A stretch of 64,000 nt of DNA from an uncultured Candidatus Entotheonella sp. (GTDB lineage: Bacteria > Tectomicrobia > Entotheonellia > Entotheonellales > Entotheonellaceae). The translations under genes and the position numbers were made by a program. Under the pieces are notes generated by a model. The model was not told the origin of the DNA. It saw nothing but the letters and a program-made list of their open reading frames with translations, and did not search any database. The stretch spans positions 1,178,979 to 1,242,978 of the forward strand of contig CBDCDA010000002.1 of NCBI GenBank assembly GCA_965215335.1, in the 5' to 3' direction. Below, one piece after another: positions 20,093 to 30,185 of this stretch (within the stretch, counting starts at the first letter, position 1; every line of letters begins with the position of its first letter).

Positions 20093-21418
20093 CTACGAAC
20101 CGCCGCCGGCTGCGTGCAGCGCCGTCGGAAGCGAATCGGCCAATTCGCCCTGTTCATCGAACGGCCACGGCTCCGGCTCGCCGAGAATGTCGAAACGGGA
20201 ATCCTGACGCAAGGCGTCGGCCAGTACTTCCGAAACCTCGAAGTGCGTGACCGCCAGGGTGTTGCGCAGGCGCACGACGCGGCAGGCCAGCGGTTCCACC
20301 CGCGGCACGGACTTGATGGCCAGGGCGACGGCTTCCTGTGAGGTGTTCATGATGAGAGGAATGGCGCCGCCGTCCAGGTAGGCGGAGGCGATGATGTTGG
20401 CATAGAAGGCGCTGAAGTCGATCTTGCGAAAGAGCTTCATGGTGATCACGTCGGCCAGCGAAATGCCCGCCGCGTTGCCGTGCGAGGCGTCCGTCAGGTC
20501 CAGAACGACGATACGCTTGACGCGCGGCGTGTCGAATCCCTCGATGCCCCGGTTGTTGCGGCCGGTGACGTTGGGATCGAAGCCCGCGCCGCTGACGTTC
20601 TTGCCCATTTCCTCGATGACCAGCACGTCGATGTCGTCAATGGCGAGGCGGCCCATGGATTGCTTCGCCAGCGCCTGCAAGGCGGCCTCGCGCTCCAGCA
20701 GGTGTTCGGCAGCGATGGCCTCGACGAGCAGGGTGTCGTCGTGGGCATTCTCCACGATGCCGATACCGAATCGGAAGGGCGCCGCGCGCATGATGAGACG
20801 GGCAGCGGCGGGCAGCACCTCGGGAAAGTGGTCCATGCCCTGGCTGTGCAACGTCGTGGCGCCGCGAATTTTCCCCATGCCGATGGTCATCATCTTGACG
20901 ATGCCGCTTTCGATGTCGCCGCGGAAACTGGTGTGGGGCTTGATGCGATTGACCAGCACGATGCCGTCGGCCTCTGCGGCGCAAGCGTCGGCGTGCACCG
21001 GCAAGCCGCTGTCGAGCTGACCCAGAACCTTGGTGTCCATGGTGGCGTGGATGGGTGCGCCCACCGCCGCTTCGCTCAGGCCGTAGTCTTCCAGCACCTG
21101 CCGCTGGCCAGCGGCATTGCTGGCGCCGTGGCTGCCCATGGCCGGAAACAGGAAGGGGTCGCCACCGAGCGACTTGATGCCGTCCACGACGGCCTTGACG
21201 ATGGCCTGGACGTTGGCGATGCCGCGACTGCTGCAGCCGACGGCGATGCGTTCTCCCGGCTTGACCTTGGCGGCGACCTCGGGCTTCTTGAACTGCTTGG
21301 CGATGGTCTCGGGAATGTTGTCCACGCGCGTCGTCTGCACGTTTTGCCGGACCGGCACCATGCGCGGCAGGGGAATCTCCAGGCCGCCAGCGATATTGAC
21401 GTCGATGCGATCGATCAT
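20093..21418 (-). CDS. LarA-like (lactate racemase N-terminal domain) nickel-pincer-dependent isomerase family protein
   Basis: SRGIAN, PAMGSHG, NRIKPHTSF, ESGIVKM..IGMGK, GKNVSG.G.D motifs. Confidence 0.8.
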   Translation of the reverse strand: MIDRIDVNIAGGLEIPLPRMVPVRQNVQTTRVDNIPETIAKQFKKPEVAAKVKPGERIAVGCSSRGIANVQAIVKAVVDGIKSLGGDPFLFPAMGSHGASNAAGQRQVLEDYGLSEAAVGAPIHATMDTKVLGQLDSGLPVHADACAAEADGIVLVNRIKPHTSFRGDIESGIVKMMTIGMGKIRGATTLHSQGMDHFPEVLPAAARLIMRAAPFRFGIGIVENAHDDTLLVEAIAAEHLLEREAALQALAKQSMGRLAIDDIDVLVIEEMGKNVSGAGFDPNVTGRNNRGIEGFDTPRVKRIVVLDLTDASHGNAAGISLADVITMKLFRKIDFSAFYANIIASAYLDGGAIPLIMNTSQEAVALAIKSVPRVEPLACRVVRLRNTLAVTHFEVSEVLADALRQDSRFDILGEPEPWPFDEQGELADSLPTALHAAGGGS

Positions 21419-21663
21419 GGCTTACGCTCTCTCGTATTTGAGTGGGGTAGGACGGGGTTCAAAGGCGAATGAGGCTCAGTATAGCACGCTCCAGCGAACC
21501 TGACGGCGAGTGCTTGCGCGGGACTTGGCGGGCGGGTTGAGGCGGAAGTTTTCTATAGGCACTTGGCGGCGTTTGCCCTATGATTGTGCGTCCTGTAAGC
21601 CTCACATCATTCACGCGGGGTGGCCCCCGTGATGGGGTGGGCCCCGTGATTAGGAGCGCAGAT

Positions 21664-24237
21664 ATGTACGAAACGCTTCGCCACCTTCTCTACAGCAACG
21701 AATTCTTGGTTGTCGAAAGATTCGAGATTCCAGGACAGGCCGCGCGGTACGCACCGATACCACGGTTCCTTTTCGATTCTGGCGTTGGTATGCATCTCGA
21801 GGGACGTCGCCAGGAAGAAACACTGTGGGCACATCAGGCCCAATCACTCGAAGCACTCGGACGTGGGGACAATGTCGTGGTGTCCACCGGCACAGCGTCC
21901 GGTAAAAGCCTCGTATTCCAGTCGATCGCCTTCCACAAGGTACTTCTCGACCCCGAAAGCCGTGTGCTTGTGTTCTACCCGCTCAAGGCGCTTGTGGCGG
22001 ACCAGATCCGCGGATGGCAGAAAATGGCGTGCACTCTCGAACTTGATGAATACAGCATTGGACGTATCGATGGATCGGTTCCGTCCCATGATCGTGAAGA
22101 CATACTTCAGCGCGCTCGCATTGTCATAATGACGCCAGACGTGTGTCATGCATGGCTAATGTCAAGACTGTCGTTGCCGGTATTGAGGGACTTCGTACGA
22201 GCCCTGTCCACCCTTGTGATGGACGAAGCGCATACGCTGGAAGGCGTATTCGGTAGCAACTTTGCCTTTCTGATTCGTCGCCTGATCTCTGCGCGCAACC
22301 ATCTCATCCAAGACAAGTCCAAGACACCGCCGCTGCAACTCGTGGCGGCAACTGCAACGATTAAAGATCCCGGGGAGCACATGAAGAAACTCACGGGGTC
22401 GCAGTTCTCTGTCGTCGATCATGACGAGGACAGCGCCCCCCACTCTGAACGACTCGTGGCACATGTTGCGTGTCCGGTCGGTGAAGAGGTCCAGATTGCC
22501 AAGGCACTACACGACCAAGTGCTCCACAATGGACGTGAGGGCGGATTCATCACTTTTCTGGATTCGAGGAAAGGCGTGGAAATCTTGGCGATGGCGAGTG
22601 GGGCTAGCGATTATGAAGATGTTTTACCGTATCGCGCGGGCTACGGTCCAGAAGACCGTCAGGAGATTGAACGAAAACTCCAGTCCGGAAGGCTCAGAGG
22701 CGTCGTGTCCACATCCGCACTTGAACTCGGCATCGACATTCTTCACTTGCGCATTGGTTTCAATATTGGAGTCCCTGCAACTCGCAAGGCGTATCGGCAG
22801 CGCCTTGGACGCGTTGGACGAAACGGACCGGGTGTATTCGTTGTAATTGCCCCGCCAGATGCATTTCGAAGATACGGTACCTCGTTTCGCCAGTATCACG
22901 ATATGTCCGTCGAGCCTTCCTATCTGTATCTTGATAATCGTTTCATGCAGTTTGCCCACGGCCGATGCCTTGCCGTCGAGCTGGAGTCCCTTGCGGCACC
23001 ATCGCAAACGCCAGCTCGAATTGCTTGGCCCCCAGGATTTAGTGACCAACATGCGGCTGCGCGGCCTGGAGGGAGCAGACCATTGGAATTCGACGCGATT
23101 GCCACTCTCGGTGGAGATACTCCGCACTACGGCTATCCTATCCGCAACGTCGGAGGAGTTAATTTTCAGATCAAAATGAATTCGAGCGGTGACAGTTTCG
23201 GTGAAGTCAGTCAACTTCAGGCACTCCGCGAGTGTTATCCTGGGGCTACTTACTTGCATTTGGCGAAGACGTACGAGGTCGCCGCATGGCACACGAATTC
23301 GTTCGAATCGTTTATTCGCTTGAAACGTGGCACGCCCGGTCGTTCCACCCAACCACGCATCAGGACATGGATAAACGCAGGATTAACGGCGGCCGATGTC
23401 CTGGAAAATCATGTCATCAGCAGCGAGAACGGGTTTCTCGCCGAGTGCCAGATGCAGATTACGGAAAAAGTAGAAGGATACATCGATAGGCGTACCAATC
23501 AGTTCCGCCCCTATCAGGAATTGCAGCAATACAATCCGAATATGCGCGCCCGTTCGCGAAATTTCCGCACCAGTGGGGTCGTGCTTTGTATCGAGCACGA
23601 CTGGTTCAGGGGGTCGGTTAAACAAGCATTCGCTGACAGACTGTGGGAGGTGTTTGTCCGAGAATACAGCGTCGCTCCGCAAGACATCGGTTCGGCTGCG
23701 TCGAACATTTCAGTTCGGAGTTCCGATGGTAGCGGAGTGAAAGGTGGGTGCATAGCAATCTACGACGAGACCTACGGTAGCCTACGACTGACCGAACGTC
23801 TGTATCTCAACTTCAAACATATCCTTGACCGGCTAGTGAACGGCGTGTCATCTGGTTCAGGTGACGATGATGACGGCCTCAGAACTGTGGCGGCCCGGCT
23901 CCAAGGTGAGATTTCGAAGTTCACTATCGGAGGCGCCGCACAAGAGGGCCTCGGGGCCACTCCTACGGGTTACGAGTCCGTCTTTACCAAGGGGTCTCGG
24001 GCCTGCCACCGACAAGCCGGACAGATCGCCGTCGAGGTAGAAATCATCCAGCCAACTATGATGGATGGAAAGCTCATGTACCAAGTGGCGATTCCGCAAA
24101 AACCTGGTCAACAGCCTGCAAAAAAATGGATTCCCGCATCTTTCATCGAACCGTCTGCCGTCTCAGGCGATTGGGATTATGCATGGTGGAATCGTGAAAC
24201 AGAAACGTATGAAGAACCATCCGACGGAATGGGATAG
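21664..24237 (+). CDS. DEAD/DEAH-box SF2 helicase, Hrq1/MrfA(SftH)-like
   Basis: HQAQ, TGTASGKS, YPLKAL, DEAH, ATAT, TSALELGID, QRLGRVGR motifs; AGGAG RBS; visibly AT-richer than flanks. Confidence 0.88.
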   Translation: MYETLRHLLYSNEFLVVERFEIPGQAARYAPIPRFLFDSGVGMHLEGRRQEETLWAHQAQSLEALGRGDNVVVSTGTASGKSLVFQSIAFHKVLLDPESRVLVFYPLKALVADQIRGWQKMACTLELDEYSIGRIDGSVPSHDREDILQRARIVIMTPDVCHAWLMSRLSLPVLRDFVRALSTLVMDEAHTLEGVFGSNFAFLIRRLISARNHLIQDKSKTPPLQLVAATATIKDPGEHMKKLTGSQFSVVDHDEDSAPHSERLVAHVACPVGEEVQIAKALHDQVLHNGREGGFITFLDSRKGVEILAMASGASDYEDVLPYRAGYGPEDRQEIERKLQSGRLRGVVSTSALELGIDILHLRIGFNIGVPATRKAYRQRLGRVGRNGPGVFVVIAPPDAFRRYGTSFRQYHDMSVEPSYLYLDNRFMQFAHGRCLAVELESLAAPSQTPARIAWPPGFSDQHAAARPGGSRPLEFDAIATLGGDTPHYGYPIRNVGGVNFQIKMNSSGDSFGEVSQLQALRECYPGATYLHLAKTYEVAAWHTNSFESFIRLKRGTPGRSTQPRIRTWINAGLTAADVLENHVISSENGFLAECQMQITEKVEGYIDRRTNQFRPYQELQQYNPNMRARSRNFRTSGVVLCIEHDWFRGSVKQAFADRLWEVFVREYSVAPQDIGSAASNISVRSSDGSGVKGGCIAIYDETYGSLRLTERLYLNFKHILDRLVNGVSSGSGDDDDGLRTVAARLQGEISKFTIGGAAQEGLGATPTGYESVFTKGSRACHRQAGQIAVEVEIIQPTMMDGKLMYQVAIPQKPGQQPAKKWIPASFIEPSAVSGDWDYAWWNRETETYEEPSDGMG

Positions 24238-24356
24238 TGAGCTAGGTGTATAGCACGCCTCACGAAGCCGGCTGACATGTGCCCGTGAGGTTCAGACAGG
24301 CAGGTCGAGACGCGGGGTTTCCGTATTCTGGCAACGATATGCCCATGTCACCCGCT

Positions 24357-25055
24357 TCATCGTTCCGGCTGGTTCGACCCTTCCGGTGGTGATTGCTGCA
24401 AAGCCTGAAGGCGGGCCTCCAGTTCGGCCAGCCGCGCTTCGGCTTCCCGGCGGCGGGTCTCGGCCTCTTGGTGCGTCAAGAGGTAGGCGTCCGTCAGCGG
24501 GTCGTGGAACCGCAGCACGCCTCCATCGAGACACAGGTTCAGCCCCAGAATCGGGCTGCCCGCACGCCAAACCCTGCCCACCCGTTCCAGAAGAAGTGCC
24601 GTGCCATACCGACCGTCGGACAGCATGAGACCTTGCAAGGGCGGGTCGAGGTAATCGGCTGTCGGGTCGTACTGCCAGTATTCCGACACCCCCAGGCGTT
24701 CGTAGAGATCCCGCTTTCGCCCTTGATCGACCTGACGGGTGCTCTGCGAGGTCACTTCCAGCACGAAGTCCGGCGTCTTGCCCTCCTGCCACAGCAGGTA
24801 GGTGCGCCGCACGTGATCGGGGACGCCGAAGACCACAAAGACATCCGGGGCGACAGAGGCCGCCCGGTTGCCTTCTTCGTAGTACAGCAGCAGGTTGCCG
24901 ACGACGTAGACATCCTGGCGATGCCGGAAATGGACGCGCAGGGCGCCGACGGCATTCAGGATGGGATTGAACTGAAACTCGCTTTCCGCCATGGGCAGAC
25001 CATCCGAATCCGGGTAGTCGAGGTCATCAAGCGTTGTAACTGTGGATTGTGGCAT
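24357..25055 (-). CDS. Uma2 family (DUF820) PD-(D/E)XK endonuclease-like protein
   Basis: YPDSDGLPMAES, APDVFVV, PDFVLEVTS, GVSEYWQYDP motifs; coiled C-tail. Confidence 0.9.
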   Translation of the reverse strand: MPQSTVTTLDDLDYPDSDGLPMAESEFQFNPILNAVGALRVHFRHRQDVYVVGNLLLYYEEGNRAASVAPDVFVVFGVPDHVRRTYLLWQEGKTPDFVLEVTSQSTRQVDQGRKRDLYERLGVSEYWQYDPTADYLDPPLQGLMLSDGRYGTALLLERVGRVWRAGSPILGLNLCLDGGVLRFHDPLTDAYLLTHQEAETRRREAEARLAELEARLQALQQSPPEGSNQPER

Positions 25056-25390
25056 CGCAGAGTCTTTCGCAGGGTATTGGCACCATGACGGCGCCACCGG
25101 CCAACGGCACCGGCAGCACCAAGCATGTCATCATAGCACGGATAGCGCGACATGAGTTGTCCTGGGAGGATCAGGGTACCCGCTACTTTCGCTTCAACAG
25201 ATCGGTTTTCGCGTGACTGTACGGGATGCCCGCCATAGGCAAACCGCTATAAATTGCCTACCACACCCTTGGCAAGGTTTTCATCATAATGTCGGCCGGG
25301 TTTTCTGTGTGCATCTCGGCCGTGTTTGGCCTACGATGCAGCGCTTCTTGCTTCCAACATCACGAACTCCGGTGAGGGGATAGCCGAGTC

Positions 25391-26996
25391 ATGGCGTTCG
25401 ACCTGTTAATCAGACACGGTACGGTGATCGACGGCACCGGGCGGCCGGGCGTGGCCGCCGACGTCGGGATCAGCGGCGGGCGGATCACCGCGATGACCTC
25501 CGGGTTGGAAGGCGAGGCGGCGTGCGACATCGACGCCAGTGGCCGGATCGTGGCGCCGGGGTTCATCGACGCGCACACCCATTCGGACTTCACCCTGCTG
25601 AGCGCGCCGGGGGCGGACAGCAAGGTGCGCCAGGGCATCACCACCGAGGTTGTCGGCAACTGCGGCTTCTCGCCGGCGCCGGTGGCGCCGCAGACACTTG
25701 GCTTGCTGGACACTTGGCTTGCTGAAGGAATACGTCGGCTTTCTGAACGCCGACCTGCCCTGGAACTGGCAGCGGCTGGGCGAGTATTACCAGCGCGTCA
25801 GCGATCAGGGCTGCGCCCTGAACCTGGTGCCGCTCGTCGGTCACGGCGCCGTTCGCATCGCCGTCATGGGATTTGCGGACCGGGCGCCCAGCGCGGACGA
25901 ACTGGTACGCATGCAGCGCCTCGTGGGCGAAGCCATGGCAGACGGCGCCTTCGGTCTGTCCTCGGGCCTGATCTACACCCCCGGATGCTACGGCGACACG
26001 GCCGAGCTCGTTGCCTTGGCGCAGGTGGCGCGGCGCGCCGGGGGCATCTACGCCACGCACATGCGGGGCGAGGGCGGCACGCTCGAGGAGGCCATTTCCG
26101 AGGCGCTGAGTATCGGCGAAGAAGCCGGCGTTCCGGTGCAGATATCCCATCTGAAGGCGTCCGGACGCGAGAACTGGGGCAAGATGGAACGGGCGCTGCG
26201 CATGATCGAGGCGGGGCGGGAGCGCGGCATCGCCGTGACCGCGGACATCTACCCCTACGTCGCGGGCAGCACGACGATGACCAGCCTGTTCCCGGCCTGG
26301 ACGCTGGCGGGCGGCATGGATCGCTTCCTGGCTCGCATCGCTGACCGGGACACGCGGCGGCGCATTGTCGATGAAGTGCAGGGCGGCGGCGCGGGCTGGT
26401 CGCGGGCTACGGGGTCGCTGGGCTGGGACGACATCCTGGTGGCGTCCTGCCAGCAACAGAAGCAGTTCGAGGGCCGCACGGTGGCGCAAATTGCCGATGC
26501 CATGGGGAAAGAGCCGCCCGCGGCGATGATGGATTTCCTGCTGGCCGAACAGGGCAAGGTGGCGGTCGTGCTGTTCATGATGTCCGAGGAAAACGTCGCC
26601 CGCGGCATCGCGCATCCCCTGCTGATGATCGGCTCCGATTCCCTGGCGCTGGCCACCGGGCAGGGCGGCAAGCCGCACCCGAGAACGTACGGCACGTTCC
26701 CGCGCGTGCTGGGCAGGTACGTGCGCGACGAACGCATCCTCAGCCTTGAGGAAGGCGTCCGCAAGATGACCTGCATGGCGGCGGACACGTTCGGTCTCAG
26801 CGACCGCGGCGTGCTCGCCGCGGGCAAGGCGGCGGACATCACGATCTTCGACGCGGCGACGGTTGCCGACCAGGCCACCTTCGACGATCCGCACCAGTAT
26901 TCCACCGGCATCGATTACGTGATCGTCAACGGCCAGGTTGTCGTCGAGCACGGCGTGCAACGCCCGGTATTGCCTGGCCAGGTGTTGCGGAAGTAG
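25391..26996 (+). pseudogene. N-acyl-D-amino-acid deacylase (D-aminoacylase), frameshifted
   Basis: N-half (PGFIDAHTHSD, GNCGFS) and C-half (HMRGE, SHLK, GSDS, PHPRTYGTFPR) are in different frames; the junction is a 16-bp duplication. Confidence 0.88.
25693..25724 (+). repeat. perfect 2 x 16-bp tandem duplication
   Basis: GACACTTGGCTTGCTG GACACTTGGCTTGCTG. Confidence 0.95.
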
Positions 26997-27008
26997 TGGG
27001 GGGAAGGG

Positions 27009-28178
27009 ATGTCTCGAACCACGTTGGCTGATCCCCTGGCAGCAGCGCTTGACCTGCTGCCCCAGGTGCGCGCGGTGCGCGACGAGCTGGAGGAACTCCG
27101 TCACCTGCCGAGCGACCTGGCGCGGGCGCTCGGCGATGCCGGGCTGTTCCAGCTTTACCTCCCCCGTGCCATTGGCGGCGCGGAAACCCCACCGCTCAAG
27201 ACGTTCCGGGTCATTGAAGAACTCTCCAAAGTCGAGGGTTCCGTGGGGTGGTGCGTCATGATCGCCAACAGTGTCTCGCTGTTCACCGGCTGGCTGGCGC
27301 CGGACGTCGGGCGCGCCATGTTCGGACAGCCGCCGGTGGCGCGCATGGCCGGCTCGGTTCGACCCGAAGGCAGGGCGCGGGCCGTGGATGGAGGTTACCG
27401 TGTCTCGGGGCAATGGAATTTCGCCAGCGGGGTGCACCATGCCAACTGGCTGTTTTGCACGTGCACCGTCATGGACGGCGACACGCCGCGGCGGTCCGCC
27501 AATCAGGCGCCGGTGATCCGTTCGATGTACATCCCGGCGAAAACGGCCACGATCAAGGACACGTGGTCGGTGGTCGGCATGTGCGGCACGGGAAGCCACG
27601 ATTTCGTGATTGACGACGTCCTTGTGCCGGAGACGCACGCCTTTTCACTCTATGAACCGCCCAAGGTCGTTGCCCCCCTGTATCACCCGCGCCTGGTTCT
27701 GGTGGCTGCCTGGACGAACACGGCGGCCAATGCCTTGGGCATCGCCCGCGGCGCCATGGACACCTTCGTCGAATTGGCGGGGCAAACCGGCTCGACGAAT
27801 TCGGCCACCCTGTTGCGCGACCGGCCTTTGGTGCAGTCGCGCATCGCCGAAGCGGAGGCCATCCTGGGAGCGGCGCGGGCCTACGTGCTGGAGTCGGTCG
27901 GGGCGGCGTGGGATGCGGTATGCGCGCAGGCGCCCGATCCGGGACGAGAAATCGCCCGCGCACGGCTCGCCATCACCCATGCCATGTACGAAGCGGTGCG
28001 GGCCGTGGACCTGGTGTTCCACACCGCCGGCACCAACGCCGTGTACCGCAAGCACGCGCTGGAGCGCTATTTCCGGGATATCCACGTTGCCGTGCAGCAC
28101 GCCGCCGGGCTGGCGGCGCACGTCGAGTCGGCAGGGAAGGCGCTTCTGGGGCTGCGTCCAACTGATCTTGGGTGGTGA
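27009..28178 (+). CDS. acyl-CoA dehydrogenase-fold flavin-dependent monooxygenase (HsaA-like)
   Basis: GQWNFASG, DTWSVVGMCGTGSHD, LERYFRDIH motifs. Confidence 0.88.
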   Translation: MSRTTLADPLAAALDLLPQVRAVRDELEELRHLPSDLARALGDAGLFQLYLPRAIGGAETPPLKTFRVIEELSKVEGSVGWCVMIANSVSLFTGWLAPDVGRAMFGQPPVARMAGSVRPEGRARAVDGGYRVSGQWNFASGVHHANWLFCTCTVMDGDTPRRSANQAPVIRSMYIPAKTATIKDTWSVVGMCGTGSHDFVIDDVLVPETHAFSLYEPPKVVAPLYHPRLVLVAAWTNTAANALGIARGAMDTFVELAGQTGSTNSATLLRDRPLVQSRIAEAEAILGAARAYVLESVGAAWDAVCAQAPDPGREIARARLAITHAMYEAVRAVDLVFHTAGTNAVYRKHALERYFRDIHVAVQHAAGLAAHVESAGKALLGLRPTDLGW

Positions 28179-28183
28179 TCCGT

Positions 28184-28729
28184 TTACGGGTCAAGGTTGT
28201 CTTGCGCGCTCTCCTCCTCGAACATCTCCTTGATGTTATCCAAGCCCATCTGATAAATGCCACGCAGCGTTTCGGAGATCTCGGTGCCGCCGTCTTCAAA
28301 GGCGTCGGCATCGATCTGGCCTATCCACTCGACGACGGAAGTTCCGGGGTCCGTGGCGGGGTACACCCTGAGCGTGGAACGGTAGCGGGCGTCGGCCAGA
28401 AAGCCCTTGCTCATGATGTAGGTGAAATGGCTCGGGCCCTGATCGGCCATGGGTTCGTCGAGCTTCATGCCGTCCTCGAACGTGAGGTAGCGGATCGAGC
28501 CAACCCCCTTACCGCTGGTCATGACGCAATCGACAACGACGGGCAGGTACTTGGGCACGTCGCAGAAGCCGCCGATCTCTCCCCACACGGTTTCGGTGGG
28601 GGCATTCACCTGGATCCAGGTGTAAACGTTGAGGTTCCTCGCGGATGCCGTGCCGGCGCCCAGTATCAGAGTGACGGCCGCCGCGCCGAGCAGCCGGCGC
28701 ATCGTTCGCTGCAGGCATGTCTGATTCAT
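28184..28729 (-). CDS. secreted SRPBCC (MxaD-like) family protein
   Basis: Signal peptide; INAP-like VNAPTETVW..IGGF, GSIRYLTF. Confidence 0.7.
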   Translation of the reverse strand: MNQTCLQRTMRRLLGAAAVTLILGAGTASARNLNVYTWIQVNAPTETVWGEIGGFCDVPKYLPVVVDCVMTSGKGVGSIRYLTFEDGMKLDEPMADQGPSHFTYIMSKGFLADARYRSTLRVYPATDPGTSVVEWIGQIDADAFEDGGTEISETLRGIYQMGLDNIKEMFEEESAQDNLDP

Positions 28730-28931
28730 TTCCAGCTTTCCTCCTCGCTTTCCTCGATTGATTTCGCCCATATCCGACTTTCCGTGAAACAGGCGGCTGC
28801 CGAGCGGGCGGCAGCATAGCCGTTGCTACCCCAGGGGTCAATACCCCGGTTGCGTTGCGGCAAGAGTTGGCATAAGGTGAGGCCCGCCGCAGGGACATCG
28901 TGTCAGGAGCGATTCAGAAGGAGAACCAGCC

Positions 28932-29363
28932 ATGGCGAAGATCAAGCACATCGCCCTTTCGACGCAGAACCCGGACGAGACAGCCAGGTTTTACACGGAG
29001 GTGTTTGGCCTGGAGGAGATCGCCAGGCTCGACGGTCCGGGGGCTTCCGGCTATTACCTCAGCGACGGCGACATCAATATCGCCATTCTCAAGTTCAAGA
29101 ACGATGCCGTGGCCGGAACGGAGCGTGGCAAGGAATGGAGCGGCCTGCACCACATCGGTTTCCAGGTGGAAAGTCTGGAGGACATCGCGGCCAAGCTGGG
29201 CGCCGCCGACGCGGCGCCGCGCGACGACATCAACCAGGCGCTCGGCGTAGGGATGGGGCGCCCGCATCATGCCAACGTCGAGGTCAAGTACAGCGGACCG
29301 GACGGCGTCATTGTCGACGTGTCGGAGACCGGCTGGGTGGGCACGTCGCCGCTGCAGAGCTGA
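28932..29363 (+). CDS. VOC (glyoxalase) family protein
   Basis: IKHIAL, FYTEVFGL, GLHHIGFQV, GPDGV motifs. Confidence 0.9.
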   Translation: MAKIKHIALSTQNPDETARFYTEVFGLEEIARLDGPGASGYYLSDGDINIAILKFKNDAVAGTERGKEWSGLHHIGFQVESLEDIAAKLGAADAAPRDDINQALGVGMGRPHHANVEVKYSGPDGVIVDVSETGWVGTSPLQS

Positions 29364-29988
29364 TCCCCCGGGACGGTCCGTACAGCAATCCTTGCAGGGT
29401 CTCCAGGCACGATGCCGTGTCCTCGAACACGATGCCGTGCATGCCCAATGCTCGCGCGGCTGCGACGTTCGCCGGGAGGTCGTCGACAAACACACAGGCG
29501 GACGCCGGCAGGGCCAGCATGGCGAGGATGGCTTCATACGCCGCGGCGTCCGGCTTTGTCACGCCAATCTCGGCGGAAATGGCGACGTGGTCGAAGCGCC
29601 GCACGAGATCCTGTGCCTCGAGCATGCCGCGCAGGTCGGTGCTGAAATTGCTCAGCAGCCCCGATGCCATGCCCTGTTGACGCAGGTGGTCGATGCAGGC
29701 CAGCAACTGGTGGTCGAGAATGTCCCCGCCGTAAAACGACGCCCGTAACCCGTGCACTTGCGATTCGCTCAGCCCCAGCGCCTCTCCTACGGCCTGCCAG
29801 TGCGTATCCGAGCTCATATCACCGTTTTGCGCCGCCACCCATAACCGCTGGTCGTGCACCGCCGTCGTCAGGGCGCCCGGCGCCAGGCCGAGGTTCCGTT
29901 CCCAGGCCGCCCGCGGTTCCGGGTCCACAGTCCGGGCCAAGACGCCGCCGTAGTCGAAGATAACGGCCTCGATGCCATTGCCTCGCAT
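29308..29988 (-). CDS. HAD-superfamily phosphatase
   Basis: VIFDYGGVL, LSNF, KPD, FVDDLPANV motifs. Confidence 0.9.
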   Translation of the reverse strand: MRGNGIEAVIFDYGGVLARTVDPEPRAAWERNLGLAPGALTTAVHDQRLWVAAQNGDMSSDTHWQAVGEALGLSESQVHGLRASFYGGDILDHQLLACIDHLRQQGMASGLLSNFSTDLRGMLEAQDLVRRFDHVAISAEIGVTKPDAAAYEAILAMLALPASACVFVDDLPANVAAARALGMHGIVFEDTASCLETLQGLLYGPSRGISSAAATCPPSRSPTRRQ

Positions 29989-30185
29989 GCTGGATTTCCT
30001 CGAAAGCCGTGCGCTCATCGCTGTCCCCTCCGCGTTATGCCACACTGCCACACTGTCATTATGCACCGTTACATGAGGTTGTCCAAATCGGTGCGAGCGT
30101 GCCGCCGCACCGCAACTTTACAAGGCCCGGCAACCGTGGCATTCTGAAAAGCTTGTGGTTACGGGTCTCCGAGGAGGGCAGGGGC

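Noticed and set aside
25236..25260. TAGGCAA-N11-TTGCCTA inverted repeat upstream of the D-aminoacylase
   Set aside because: Only 7-bp arms and a single instance; cannot be distinguished from chance
29308..29363. 56-bp convergent overlap of the VOC and HAD genes
   Set aside because: Short 3' overlaps are common, and the overlapping HAD tail looks like run-on sequence
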